Below are positions 1-9,924 of a stretch of DNA of 36,554 bases, piece after piece. The stretch lies in the NCBI GenBank assembly GCA_037137755.1, contig JBAXJR010000024.1:1-36554 (forward strand). Reading direction: 5' to 3'. Made by a program: the position numbers and the translations under genes. The notes beneath the pieces are model-generated. The model saw only the letters and a list, made by a program, of their open reading frames with translations. It did not search any database and was not told the origin of the DNA. How positions within the stretch are numbered: the first letter of the stretch is position 1; each line of letters begins with the position of its first letter. The stretch comes from Methanomicrobiales archaeon (GTDB lineage: Archaea; Halobacteriota; Methanomicrobia; Methanomicrobiales; Methanospirillaceae).

Positions 1-59
1 ATATCCCATCTAATTTTGGAAAAGTTAAATAGGTCGACACTTGTCGGAGATGTAAATTA

Positions 60-605
60 TTACATTATAAATACGGCGGCTGCAATTACTGTCGTCCATA
101 ACCCGCTTTTCTCACCCTGGGCTGACTGGCATATATGGGTGGTCCTGAATATTTTTCCGCTGGCCATGTAGATCTGTTCCCGCTCCTGCCATGCCTGGTT
201 GATATCAAACTCAATACCGAAGGTGGTAGCAAGCATGGTTGCGGCAAGGTCTTCTGCATATTCCCCGGTCTGTTCCGAAGTCTCACCGTATGCATGGTGC
301 TCTGAGAGGTACCCGTATTCCTGTGTATCCTTAGGTAGCGCCAGGCCTATTGCGGCGGATATTAACCGGTTTGGTTCATTTGTCTCATTCTTTGCCATCA
401 CTACATAGGTGATCTCCCCGGCCTGGAGAAGTTGCAGCCCCTCTTCAACCGAGAGCTGTTTGCAGTTCGGTGGGAAAATTGAAGATACGTAGACGAGGTT
501 ACACTTTTCTATGCCCGCTTTTCGAAGGGCCAGCTCAAATGAAGCAAGGCGATCTTTATGCACACCGAACCCACGTGTGAAAAATATTTTTTTCGGAACA
601 GCCAT
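60..605 (-). CDS. pdaD: Pyruvoyl-dependent arginine decarboxylase
   Basis: 181 aa. [24 protein letters not shown] carries the Ser-Ser self-cleavage site typical of PvlArgDC; YGYLSEHH and [10 protein letters not shown] also fit. Confidence 0.9.
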   Translation of the reverse strand: MAVPKKIFFTRGFGVHKDRLASFELALRKAGIEKCNLVYVSSIFPPNCKQLSVEEGLQLLQAGEITYVVMAKNETNEPNRLISAAIGLALPKDTQEYGYLSEHHAYGETSEQTGEYAEDLAATMLATTFGIEFDINQAWQEREQIYMASGKIFRTTHICQSAQGEKSGLWTTVIAAAVFIM

Positions 606-931
606 AGAACTTTTTTTAATTTATGTGGTTTTTAATCTTTCTTTCCTGCAAAATATTTTCCTGGTTAAGATATTGCAATCACACCGGGACAAAATTATTC
701 ATGAAAACCTCGAATATGAGATGATTTCGGGATATTAAAGGCGGATATATGATGGGATGATAGTTGCTATGGGGCGGGAACCGGTAAATGGGTGGAATAA
801 AATAAAAACCGCCCAACCATTACCTCCAGGGATAATATGTATGTTTTTCTTCGAAAATTACTGGCTGGTATGCCAAATATTTAATCAATGTTCTCAAAAG
901 GTATGCCAGCGTACATACGAAGGATGGATTA

Positions 932-1753
932 ATGAAAAACGGGAAAAGTATTCTTGGCATTCTATCTGTTTTCCTGGTGTTGGCAACTATCAGCATCAGT
1001 GCGACGGCAGACGGAGTGAACCAGACCTCTGAAATCCAGGGCATCACCACATCTACTTATATTGATGTTGTTGGAATGGCGAGTAACAATGTTGAACTTG
1101 CATGGACCTCCCGCAGTGGATCAATCCAGGACAACCCCCCGCTTTCAAATGGGGAAGTAGTCCAGACCACGGTATATACTGAAAACACCAATGCAATGAA
1201 TGGGCACACCGTTTATATAAAGGAGTTCAGTATAGATACCGGTAACAAGGTTGTCGGCCAGAGTAATGTTGAATCAGACCGCCAGGTTACTTTTGAGGGG
1301 TATGACGGTGGAAATATGGTCTCTGACGAGAGCCTGCTCATAGATACTGTGGGTAATCCAAGATCGGCAGCAGGCCAGTTCGTCTGTCCGTTTGGTCCGT
1401 CCGCGACCAGTTCACTCCCTGCATACTGTAACATCGTAACGGCGGGCAGCCATGTTGATAGTTCGGTTATCTCGTTCAGGACACAGGCATCCAGCAGGAC
1501 GGTCATGGTATCAGCTGATGTCCCGGTTGCTTTGGCATACAGCATTAATGCTCACGGCGTTGGCACCGCAAACGGTGTTATTCCGGCCCAGGGGTCCGTC
1601 TCCTCATACATGAAAGTTCACCTGCAGGGAGGAAGTGGAAATAGTACTTCCAAGGCGTCAGATCTTACCTATGAAGAGAAAACTTCCGCAAATGGAATAA
1701 TAAATTCCTTCATGAAGACCTATGGCTACGAGTCAGGTTCGAACACGTTATGA
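932..1753 (+). CDS. Secreted beta-rich Ser/Thr/Gly protein, possibly Methanomicrobiales sheath-protein (MspA/SH)-like
   Basis: N-terminal signal peptide ending ATA-D, EIQGITT motif, a CPF...YC Cys pair and alternating beta-strand patterns. The family link is from recall only and is unverified. Confidence 0.55.
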   Translation: MKNGKSILGILSVFLVLATISISATADGVNQTSEIQGITTSTYIDVVGMASNNVELAWTSRSGSIQDNPPLSNGEVVQTTVYTENTNAMNGHTVYIKEFSIDTGNKVVGQSNVESDRQVTFEGYDGGNMVSDESLLIDTVGNPRSAAGQFVCPFGPSATSSLPAYCNIVTAGSHVDSSVISFRTQASSRTVMVSADVPVALAYSINAHGVGTANGVIPAQGSVSSYMKVHLQGGSGNSTSKASDLTYEEKTSANGIINSFMKTYGYESGSNTL

Positions 1754-1807
1754 GACCTGAAAAACCGTGAGGACTTCGTAATTCCCATTAGTCGGGAAAA
1801 ATCCTCC

Positions 1808-1824
1808 TTTTTCTTTTTATTTTT
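1808..1824 (+). terminator. Archaeal-type T-rich terminator candidate
   Basis: T-rich tract (TTTTTCTTTTTATTTTT) about 55 nt after the stop of the 932-1753 CDS. Confidence 0.45.
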
Positions 1825-1941
1825 AATAACCTGATAATCCTGCATAGTTTCAGATAAAATTCTCGAAACCTTTTTTAGTCCTGATTCTTTGTACCCTGCA
1901 ACACCGTTAATAAGTTGCCTGACACAATAAATATGGAAATT

Positions 1942-2997
1942 ATGAAGGCAGTTCTAGGTCTGGAAGATGGGACATACGTGACTGGTGAAGGTTTCGGGGT
2001 TGAAGGTGAGTGCCGGGGGGAACTCGTGTTCTCAACCCAAATGACCGGTTACATGGAAGCCCTCACCGATCCGAGCTATTTTGGTCAAATGCTGCTTTTC
2101 ACGTATCCGCTTATCGGAAACTATGGCGTGGACCTGCAAAATTTCCAGGCAAAAAAACCATGGGCCCTTGCCTGTCTTGCCCGCGAAATTTGTGCTGCAC
2201 CTTCCACCGGTATAGCAATGCCCCGTTATTTTGAAGAGAATGGTCTGCTAGGGATGAGTGGCATCGATACACGAATGCTTACTATAAAAACCCGGGTTAT
2301 GGGCACGCTCAGGGCAGCCCTTGTAACAGGGGACGATAATGGAGAATATGCGGTGGAGCGTGCAACTACTGCCCCGCAGATTTCAGAAGAAGAACTCATC
2401 CCTGCCGTCTCCTGTAAAGAACCGTATCGCGTGGAAGGACGGGGTAAACGGATTGCAGTAATTGACCTCGGGATTAAGAAAAATATGGTGATCAGTCTCC
2501 GGAAACGTGACGCAGATGTCTATGTATACCCGTATAATGCAAGTCCCTCCGATATTCTTGAATGCAAGCCTGATGCGCTTTTTATTAGCAACGGGCCTGG
2601 TGACCCTCTACATGCGACCGATGCAATCCATTGTGTGAAGGAACTGTCAGGTAACCTTCCTGTTTTTGGGATCTGCATGGGTAACCAGGTCTGCGGGCTT
2701 GCTCTCGGTGCCGAAACATACAAAATGAAATTCGGGCACAGGGGTACAAACCAGCCGGTCAGGAATAGTGATGGGAAGATCTACATCACGACCCAGAACC
2801 ACGGGTATGCCGTTGCTGCAGATACCCTTCCCGAAGGGTGCAGGGTTTCATTTGAAAATGTGAATGATGGAACTCTTGAAGGGTTTACAAACCACGATCT
2901 CAATGTGACCACCGTTCAGTTCCATCCTGAGGCGCATGGAGGTCCGCGGGATACCGAGGCGTATTTTTTTGATTCGATGTTCCGGAGGATCTCCTGA
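1942..2997 (+). CDS. carA: Carbamoyl-phosphate synthase small (glutaminase) subunit
   Basis: MKAVLGLEDG start (ATG 1942), GELVF..MTGY.E..TDPSY, SNGPGDP, catalytic GICMG and QFHPEA. Its stop overlaps the carB ATG (TGATG). Confidence 0.97.
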   Translation: MKAVLGLEDGTYVTGEGFGVEGECRGELVFSTQMTGYMEALTDPSYFGQMLLFTYPLIGNYGVDLQNFQAKKPWALACLAREICAAPSTGIAMPRYFEENGLLGMSGIDTRMLTIKTRVMGTLRAALVTGDDNGEYAVERATTAPQISEEELIPAVSCKEPYRVEGRGKRIAVIDLGIKKNMVISLRKRDADVYVYPYNASPSDILECKPDALFISNGPGDPLHATDAIHCVKELSGNLPVFGICMGNQVCGLALGAETYKMKFGHRGTNQPVRNSDGKIYITTQNHGYAVAADTLPEGCRVSFENVNDGTLEGFTNHDLNVTTVQFHPEAHGGPRDTEAYFFDSMFRRIS

Positions 2998-5900
2998 TGC
3001 CCCGGTTGCCGCACATTAAAAAAGTACTCCTGATAGGGTCCGGGCCCATCCAGATCGGACAGGCAGCCGAATTTGACTTTTCCGGTTCCCAGGCCTGCCG
3101 GGCGCTACGAGAAGAGGGGGTTAAGGTTGTCCTTGTAAATTCCAACCCGGCAACCATCCAGACTGACCCTGATATGGCAGACGAGGTCTACATTGAGCCG
3201 CTCAGGGCAGATATTATTGCAAAAATTATTGAAAAAGAGCGGCCTGATGGAATTCTTTCCGGGATGGGTGGGCAGACCGGGCTTAATATGACTGCTGAAC
3301 TGGCCGAGCGGGGTGCATTAAAAGATGTTGAAATCCTTGGGACCCCACTCGAAGCGATTTACCAGGGGGAAGACCGCGAAAAATTCCGCGATCTGATGAA
3401 AAAGATCGGCGAACCTGTCCCCATCAGTTTTATTCTCAACGATATCCGGCAGATTGACGAAGCGTTGACCTGTGTCGGGCTTCCAGCGATAATCCGGCCC
3501 GCTTATACCCTTGGCGGTGCAGGGGGCGGTATTGCCCAGACAAAGGAAGAACTCGTCCGGATCACTGAACTAGGGCTGAACCGATCGCGAATCCGCCAGG
3601 TACTCATCGAACAGAGTGTCCAGGGCTGGAAGGAAATTGAGTTTGAAGTAATGAGGGACGCATCTGATACCTGTGTCATCATCTGCGGGATGGAGAATGT
3701 TGACCCAATGGGCATTCATACCGGGGAAAGTGTCGTCGTTGCCCCGATCCTCACGCTCAGAGACGATGAATTCCAGATGATGCGTTCTGCTGCAATTAAG
3801 ATCATCCGTGCACTCGATGTCCAGGGTGGTTGCAACATCCAGTTTGCTTTTAAGGAAGGTGATTACCGGGTAATTGAAGTAAATCCCCGGGTTTCACGTT
3901 CATCTGCGCTCGCCTCAAAGGCTACCGGGTATCCGATAGCCCGCGTCGCAGCAAAAATTGCCATTGGTCTCCGTCTTGATGAGATCAGGAACAGTGTCAC
4001 CGGATGTACGATGGCCTCGTTTGAACCGTCAATAGATTATATCGTGGTCAAAGTGCCACGGTGGCCATTTGACAAGTTCAAGAGTGCGGACAGGACTCTC
4101 ACAACTGCCATGAAAAGTACCGGGGAAATAATGGCAATCGGCAGGACACTCGAAGAGGCCTTCAAAAAAGCTCTCAGGTCGGTTGATACTGACGTGACGG
4201 TTCATACGAACCCGAGCGAGATCAGGATGATCCTCTCCCGGCCGACGGATGAACGGTTTGCTTGCCTTTTCGATGCATTCCGGCAGGGTTTTACCGTGGA
4301 TGAAATTTTCAACCTGACGAAAATCACCCCGTTTTTCCTTGAAAAAATTAAAAATATTGTCAAAATGGAACAGGTCCTCGCCGTAAATGCCAGCATAGAT
4401 GACATCAGGCGGGCCAAAATATTCGGGTTCTCAAACCTTGAACTCAAAGAATTAACCAAGAAGAGCTGGAAAGAGCTGGAAAAAATTACTGGTTCTCCGA
4501 CCTACAAGATGGTCGATACCTGTGCGGCAGAATTCCCTGCAACTACTCCCTATTTCTACTCGACGTGGGATACCGAGAGCGAGATAATCCCTGATGATAA
4601 GCAGAAAGTGCTTATCATTGGTTCCGGGCCCATCAGGATCGGGCAGGGAATCGAGTTTGACTACTGCACGGTGCATGCGGTGATGGCGCTCCGTGAAGCA
4701 GGAGTCATCGTCCATATTGTCAATAATAACCCTGAAACGGTTTCTACTGATTCAGATACCTCAGACCGGTTGTTCTTTGAACCGATGCAACTTGAAGATA
4801 TCATGAATATCCTTAAATCAGACAATTATTATGGCGTAATGGTCCAGTTTGGCGGGCAGAATTCTGTTAATCTTGCAGTCCCGATTGAAAAAGAGATAAA
4901 AAGGCTTAAACTTGCCACAAAAATCCTCGGCACTTCTCCGGATGCGATGGATATCGCAGAAGACCGTGACAGGTTCAGCCTTCTCCTTGATAAGCTGGAC
5001 ATCCCGGCACCCCCCAATTCTTCAGCATTCTCTGCCGAAGAGGCCCGTGCGAAAGCGAAAAAAATCGGTTATCCCGTGCTCGTGCGTCCTTCCTATGTTC
5101 TTGGGGGACGGGCGATGGAGATTGTCCACGATGAGACTGAACTTGACACGTACATGAAAGAAGCGGTCAGGGTAAGCCGGAACCACCCCGTGTTAATCGA
5201 TTCGTTCCTCCAGAATGCGGTTGAACTGGATGTAGATGCAGTCTGTGACGGCTCAGAGGTGCTGATAGGGGGCATCATGGAGCACATTGAGGAAGCAGGT
5301 GTCCATAGTGGTGATTCAGCCTGTGTAATCCCGACACAGTCACTTTCGAAATCTGTTATTTCCAGGGTAAGGGACTATACCCGTAAAATTGCCCTTGGAC
5401 TTGGCGTGGTCGGGATGGTAAACCTTCAGCTGGCCGTTAAAAATGATATCGTTTATGTCCTCGAGGCAAACCCGAGAGCCAGCAGGACTGTACCGTTTGT
5501 GAGCAAGGCAACCGGTATTCCCCTCGCAAAAATAGCAGCCAAAACGATGATGGGAAAGAAACTGTCAGAACTCGGGTACAAGGAGCGGGACATAAAGCAT
5601 GTCGCGGTGAAGGAAGTCCTTCTCCCGTTCAACAAGTTACCGGGTGTTGATACAGTACTGGGTCCCGAAATGAAGAGTACCGGTGAAGTAATGGGGATTG
5701 ATTACGATTTCGGTCGTGCCTATTACAAGGCAAGTATTTCCGCAGACAATGAACTCCCCATGGAGGGCAATGTCTTCATTTCAGTTTCAAATGAGCAGAA
5801 AGACGAGGCAATTGCCATATCCCGGAAATTGAAAGGACTCGGTCTTACCCTGTATGGTACCTCGGGGACTGTTGAGTATCTTACCCAGGCAGGTATTGAA

Positions 5901-6161
5901 GCAAACCTTGTCCGGAAGGTGCAGGAAGGGTCGCCAAACGTGATTGACCTGCTCCGAAGGGGCGAGATCCGTCTCATTATCAACACGCCGAAAGGAAAGC
6001 AGTCAAGGCAGGACCATTACCAGATAATGCGGGCCGCGGTTGATTATGCGGTACCCTATATCACGACGCTCCAGGCAGCAAAAGCCGCAGCGCATGCGAT
6101 CGACGCGATGAAGAGGGAGAAGATCACGCTCGAACCTATCAGTCATTATATCGGAGAGTAA
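2997..6161 (+). CDS. carB: Carbamoyl-phosphate synthase large subunit
   Basis: 1054 aa with [14 protein letters not shown] and [15 protein letters not shown] duplicated ATP-grasp halves, [18 protein letters not shown], and a C-terminal MGS-like domain. Confidence 0.98.
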   Translation: MPRLPHIKKVLLIGSGPIQIGQAAEFDFSGSQACRALREEGVKVVLVNSNPATIQTDPDMADEVYIEPLRADIIAKIIEKERPDGILSGMGGQTGLNMTAELAERGALKDVEILGTPLEAIYQGEDREKFRDLMKKIGEPVPISFILNDIRQIDEALTCVGLPAIIRPAYTLGGAGGGIAQTKEELVRITELGLNRSRIRQVLIEQSVQGWKEIEFEVMRDASDTCVIICGMENVDPMGIHTGESVVVAPILTLRDDEFQMMRSAAIKIIRALDVQGGCNIQFAFKEGDYRVIEVNPRVSRSSALASKATGYPIARVAAKIAIGLRLDEIRNSVTGCTMASFEPSIDYIVVKVPRWPFDKFKSADRTLTTAMKSTGEIMAIGRTLEEAFKKALRSVDTDVTVHTNPSEIRMILSRPTDERFACLFDAFRQGFTVDEIFNLTKITPFFLEKIKNIVKMEQVLAVNASIDDIRRAKIFGFSNLELKELTKKSWKELEKITGSPTYKMVDTCAAEFPATTPYFYSTWDTESEIIPDDKQKVLIIGSGPIRIGQGIEFDYCTVHAVMALREAGVIVHIVNNNPETVSTDSDTSDRLFFEPMQLEDIMNILKSDNYYGVMVQFGGQNSVNLAVPIEKEIKRLKLATKILGTSPDAMDIAEDRDRFSLLLDKLDIPAPPNSSAFSAEEARAKAKKIGYPVLVRPSYVLGGRAMEIVHDETELDTYMKEAVRVSRNHPVLIDSFLQNAVELDVDAVCDGSEVLIGGIMEHIEEAGVHSGDSACVIPTQSLSKSVISRVRDYTRKIALGLGVVGMVNLQLAVKNDIVYVLEANPRASRTVPFVSKATGIPLAKIAAKTMMGKKLSELGYKERDIKHVAVKEVLLPFNKLPGVDTVLGPEMKSTGEVMGIDYDFGRAYYKASISADNELPMEGNVFISVSNEQKDEAIAISRKLKGLGLTLYGTSGTVEYLTQAGIEANLVRKVQEGSPNVIDLLRRGEIRLIINTPKGKQSRQDHYQIMRAAVDYAVPYITTLQAAKAAAHAIDAMKREKITLEPISHYIGE

Positions 6162-6165
6162 TTCT

Positions 6166-7368
6166 ATGGGCAAAGGAACAGTTGTACTTGCATACAGTGG
6201 CGGGCTCGACACCTCTATCTGTATTCCACTCCTGCGGGAGGACTATCATTATGACCGGGTTGTCACAGTTGCCGTCAACGTCGGCCAGCGGGACGAAGAG
6301 ATCGCGGTTGCGACAGAGAAAGGTAACCGGTTCGCGGATAAACACTATACCCTCGATGTCCGTGAAAAATTTGTTCATGATTACCTTTTCCCGGCCATAA
6401 AGGCAAACGGTTCATACGAGGGTTACCCGATGGGGACCTCACTGGCCCGGCCACTGATTGCAGAGGAGGTTGTGGCTATTGCACGGAAAGAAGGTGCAAC
6501 CGCGATAGGTCATGGCTGCACAGGGAAGGGTAACGACCAGTTACGGTTTGATTTCATCATCCGGGGGGCCGGTCTGGAGGTCATTGCCCCAATCAGGGAG
6601 AAAAATCTCACCCGTGAATGGGAGATCGAATATGCGAAGAAACATAACATCCCGGTGCCGGTCGCGAAAGATAAGCCGTGGAGCATGGACGAGAACTGCT
6701 GGAGCAGGAGTATTGAGGGGGGGAGACTCGAAGACCCTTCGTACCATACACCTGAGGAGATTTACCTCTGGACTGTTGCACCCGAAAATGCACCCGATTC
6801 AACCGAAAATGTAACGATACAGTTCGAATCCGGTGTTCCGGTTGCCCTTAACGGTACAACGATGAGAGGGTACGACCTTATCCAGAAGCTGAACCTGATC
6901 GCGGGGAAAAACGGGATAGGCCGGAATGATATGATCGAAGACCGCATTCTCGGGCTGAAAGCGAGAGAGATATATGAACACCCTGCAGCAAGTACCCTGC
7001 TCTTTGCTCACCATGACCTTGAACGCCTCGTTCTTACCAGGGCGGAACTCCAGTTCAAACAGATGGTTGATGAGAAGTGGTCGGAACTCGCGTACATGGG
7101 CCTCGTCCATGAGCCCCTGTTTCACGCATTGAACGCCTTTATCGACACGACCCAGGAACGCATGAACGGGATAGTTGAACTGGCACTCTATAAAGGCAGT
7201 ATTCGTGTATTAGGACGCTCCTCTCCGGATGGCATTTATTCTGATGACCTGGTCTCGTTCGACAGCAGTTCTATCGACCAGTGTCATGCAATCGGGGTTT
7301 CCCATTATTATGGCATGCAGGCACGCCTGGTAATGCAGAAAAAACAACTGCGTACCTCCAAAAAATAA
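6166..7368 (+). CDS. argG: Argininosuccinate synthase
   Basis: [49 protein letters not shown]. Confidence 0.97.
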   Translation: MGKGTVVLAYSGGLDTSICIPLLREDYHYDRVVTVAVNVGQRDEEIAVATEKGNRFADKHYTLDVREKFVHDYLFPAIKANGSYEGYPMGTSLARPLIAEEVVAIARKEGATAIGHGCTGKGNDQLRFDFIIRGAGLEVIAPIREKNLTREWEIEYAKKHNIPVPVAKDKPWSMDENCWSRSIEGGRLEDPSYHTPEEIYLWTVAPENAPDSTENVTIQFESGVPVALNGTTMRGYDLIQKLNLIAGKNGIGRNDMIEDRILGLKAREIYEHPAASTLLFAHHDLERLVLTRAELQFKQMVDEKWSELAYMGLVHEPLFHALNAFIDTTQERMNGIVELALYKGSIRVLGRSSPDGIYSDDLVSFDSSSIDQCHAIGVSHYYGMQARLVMQKKQLRTSKK

Positions 7369-7836
7369 GATATACCGGTTGAATATACCTGGAAGTACAA
7401 AGCAGGACAATAACCTGTCATTTTTTTATGGAAATCTATGGAGGATTAACATTTCCTGACGAAAGGTTTTTGAAACCCGAAAACCTGCGGGATGGAATTT
7501 GTGGAAGTCAATAAAGCAGTAATACCTGGTAATCAAGACCAGGAAACATTTTTTTGCTTTCAAAGGATTTTATTTCCTGCTTCCGGTCCTGGTGCACAGA
7601 TGAATACCTCGGTGATCTTCATTGCAGGGTGTGATTTCGAGGGGAGATACTGTTTCTTTTCGGGGACCCCTGATCCCGGATCCGGTCTTTTCGGACACAG
7701 ATTTTGTTGGGTCAGATCCCATTCAGGATAGATCAGACTGGATAATCATCCTGTTTCTGGCAGGTCACCGTTGCTGATGATGGTCACCGGCGGGTCCCGA
7801 AGGTGCTATCAGACAGTATTTCAACTATATAGTACG

Positions 7837-8808
7837 ATGAATCCGGTTGTTGCTGTTGACCTTGGTGCCACGAATATCCGGGTAGCTAAAATATCAGGGA
7901 ACGGCCTCATTGAAAAAAAGATTTCCGCCCTGACTCCGGTCTTTCCAGAGACCCCTGAAGATATCACGGACGTTATTATCGGAATGGTCCGTTCGGTATC
8001 AGACGAAAAATTGGGTTCAGACCTGGATGGTATCGGTATCTGCGCAGCCGGACCGGTAAATTCGCACAGGGGCATTGTTCTCAATCCTCCCAATATTGCT
8101 CTGTCGGTAATCCCCCTGGTTAATCCGATCACCAAAGAATTCGGGATCCCGGTCCGTCTCGTCAACGACTGCCCGGCGGGTGCGCTCGGCGAGATGTATT
8201 TTGGTGACGGGAAGGGGTGCAGGGATTTCGTCTATATTACTATTTCGACCGGTATAGGCGGCGGCGTAGTTTCCAATGGAAAAATATTACTCGGGCGCAA
8301 TGGAAATGCAGCCGAAATAGGTCATTTTCATGTTGATACCCACTATAACGCCATATGCGGCTGCGGGTGCACCGGGCACTGGGAAGCATATGGATCCGGC
8401 AGGCATATACCGGATTTTTTTTCCCGCTGGTGCCTGGAAAACAACACCGCGATCACAGGGGAATGGGCCCCCTCGCCTTCTGGAATTTTTGAGGCAGTAC
8501 GGACCGGTCACCCCGGGCTCAACAATTTTCTAGATGAATTTGCCCGGATTAACGCCCGGGGCATATCCGATGTCATTGTCGCCTATGACCCCTCGCGTAT
8601 CATCCTTGACGGGAGTGTAATCCGCAATAACAGCGACCTGTTACTTCCCCTGCTGAACAACTATATTGACCATTTCCTGCCGTTGCCCGAGATCCTGATA
8701 AGCAGGCTCAGTGGTCTTGCACCCCTGCTCGGTGCATCAATCATCGCTCGTGGCTATGATACTGCTGCTGGTTCCCTTCTGGCAGGAATTGATGAAGACT
8801 ACGCGTAA
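7837..8808 (+). CDS. ROK-family sugar kinase (glucokinase-like)
   Basis: VDLGATN phosphate loop, NDCPAGALGE, ISTGIGGG, EIGH and the CGCG..GHWE zinc motif. No N-terminal HTH. Start trimmed to ATG 7837. Confidence 0.88.
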   Translation: MNPVVAVDLGATNIRVAKISGNGLIEKKISALTPVFPETPEDITDVIIGMVRSVSDEKLGSDLDGIGICAAGPVNSHRGIVLNPPNIALSVIPLVNPITKEFGIPVRLVNDCPAGALGEMYFGDGKGCRDFVYITISTGIGGGVVSNGKILLGRNGNAAEIGHFHVDTHYNAICGCGCTGHWEAYGSGRHIPDFFSRWCLENNTAITGEWAPSPSGIFEAVRTGHPGLNNFLDEFARINARGISDVIVAYDPSRIILDGSVIRNNSDLLLPLLNNYIDHFLPLPEILISRLSGLAPLLGASIIARGYDTAAGSLLAGIDEDYA

Positions 8809-8927
8809 CCAGCCAGTGGGAAATACAAAAATATCAGAGTCTTGACCCATAGAAATAAGCGTGGGGCCTGGTTTGAAAACAGGGTGAAAGAAAATTATTT
8901 TAACAGGGCTCTCTCTAAAAGAATAGA

Positions 8928-9164
8928 ATGAAAACTCTTCACCGGTCAAAGAAATCGAAACTATTAGGCGGGGTCTGCGGAGGGCTCGGGGAATACCTAG
9001 ATACCGACCCGAATATCATCCGGATTCTACTGGTCATTCTTCTTGTGCTTGGTATCGTTACGTTATTCTGGCCGTTATTTTGTTTCCTTGTTTATCTGGC
9101 AGCCTGGATTTTATTACCAGAAGAGCCTGAAAGTCCTTCATTATCTGAGTCCTTGTCTCCCTGA
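8928..9164 (+). CDS. PspC-domain membrane protein
   Basis: LHRSKKSKLLGGVCGGLGEYLDTDPNIIR, then a hydrophobic segment ending YLAAWILLPEE. Confidence 0.9.
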   Translation: MKTLHRSKKSKLLGGVCGGLGEYLDTDPNIIRILLVILLVLGIVTLFWPLFCFLVYLAAWILLPEEPESPSLSESLSP

Positions 9165-9204
9165 CCTTACAGACCGGGACGATATACTTCAGGCACGTGT
9201 GCTC

Positions 9205-9636
9205 TCAATCACATTTTTCGTTTTGCCATGAGGTCTTTCGTTCCTGTTCAACGATGGTCCTACATCTTCGCAGATATGTCTCACCCCATAGCCACGGCTT
9301 ATAATTGTCACACATCTCCGGTTTAGCCATGTGGATAGAGCAGAGGTATCGCCTTTTCGATACCCTCGAAAGAAACGGGCAGGCGCTTACAAGAGCCCCG
9401 GTATCAGGGTCTCTCATCTCAATGGTAATGATCTCCCCCAGTTCATCTACCTGTAATTCGGAGCATTTTTTCCAGGTACCGTTCGCAAAACAGGCAGAAA
9501 AATGGCAGAGAATATCCAGCCGGTCATTGCTCAGCCACTGGTAGACGTTCTCTATTGTTGGTGATATGGAATCCCCGAATACCTTGCAACAGATACCACA
9601 CTGGTTACACTCAATCCCGCTATTCATATCGGTCAT
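9205..9636 (-). CDS. YkgJ-family (CxxCxxCC) Fe-S/Zn cysteine-cluster protein
   Basis: CNQCGICC ... CPFL ... CSIHMAKPEMC. ATG 9636 preferred over TTG 9645. Confidence 0.8.
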   Translation of the reverse strand: MTDMNSGIECNQCGICCKVFGDSISPTIENVYQWLSNDRLDILCHFSACFANGTWKKCSELQVDELGEIITIEMRDPDTGALVSACPFLSRVSKRRYLCSIHMAKPEMCDNYKPWLWGETYLRRCRTIVEQERKTSWQNEKCD

Positions 9637-9924
9637 TTGTACCAACCCCTTTGGACTGTATAGACAATAAAAATTGGCTACGTATTGAACGATCCCGGAA
9701 TAAAAGACTGCCCTGTCACAGTTCCGGTTGATTGTAATGTGGGGGAATTGGTAATAACGGTTCTTAAATGTGAATTACCTGTCCAGGCCCTTCGGTATCA
9801 TGTGTTCGGACCACGTTGCTAACGATCATTATCAGGTTGTCTGGTGCTGCTCCTGGACTTTATGCTATGGCATTGCCGACCCTGCGAGTGGTGGGATGGG
9901 TCTGTTCGGGAGAACTAATTTTAT

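Noticed and set aside
7492-7731. 79-aa plus-strand ORF between argG and the ROK gene
   Set aside because: Crosses T-rich, terminator-like sequence, is Phe-skewed and has no motif.
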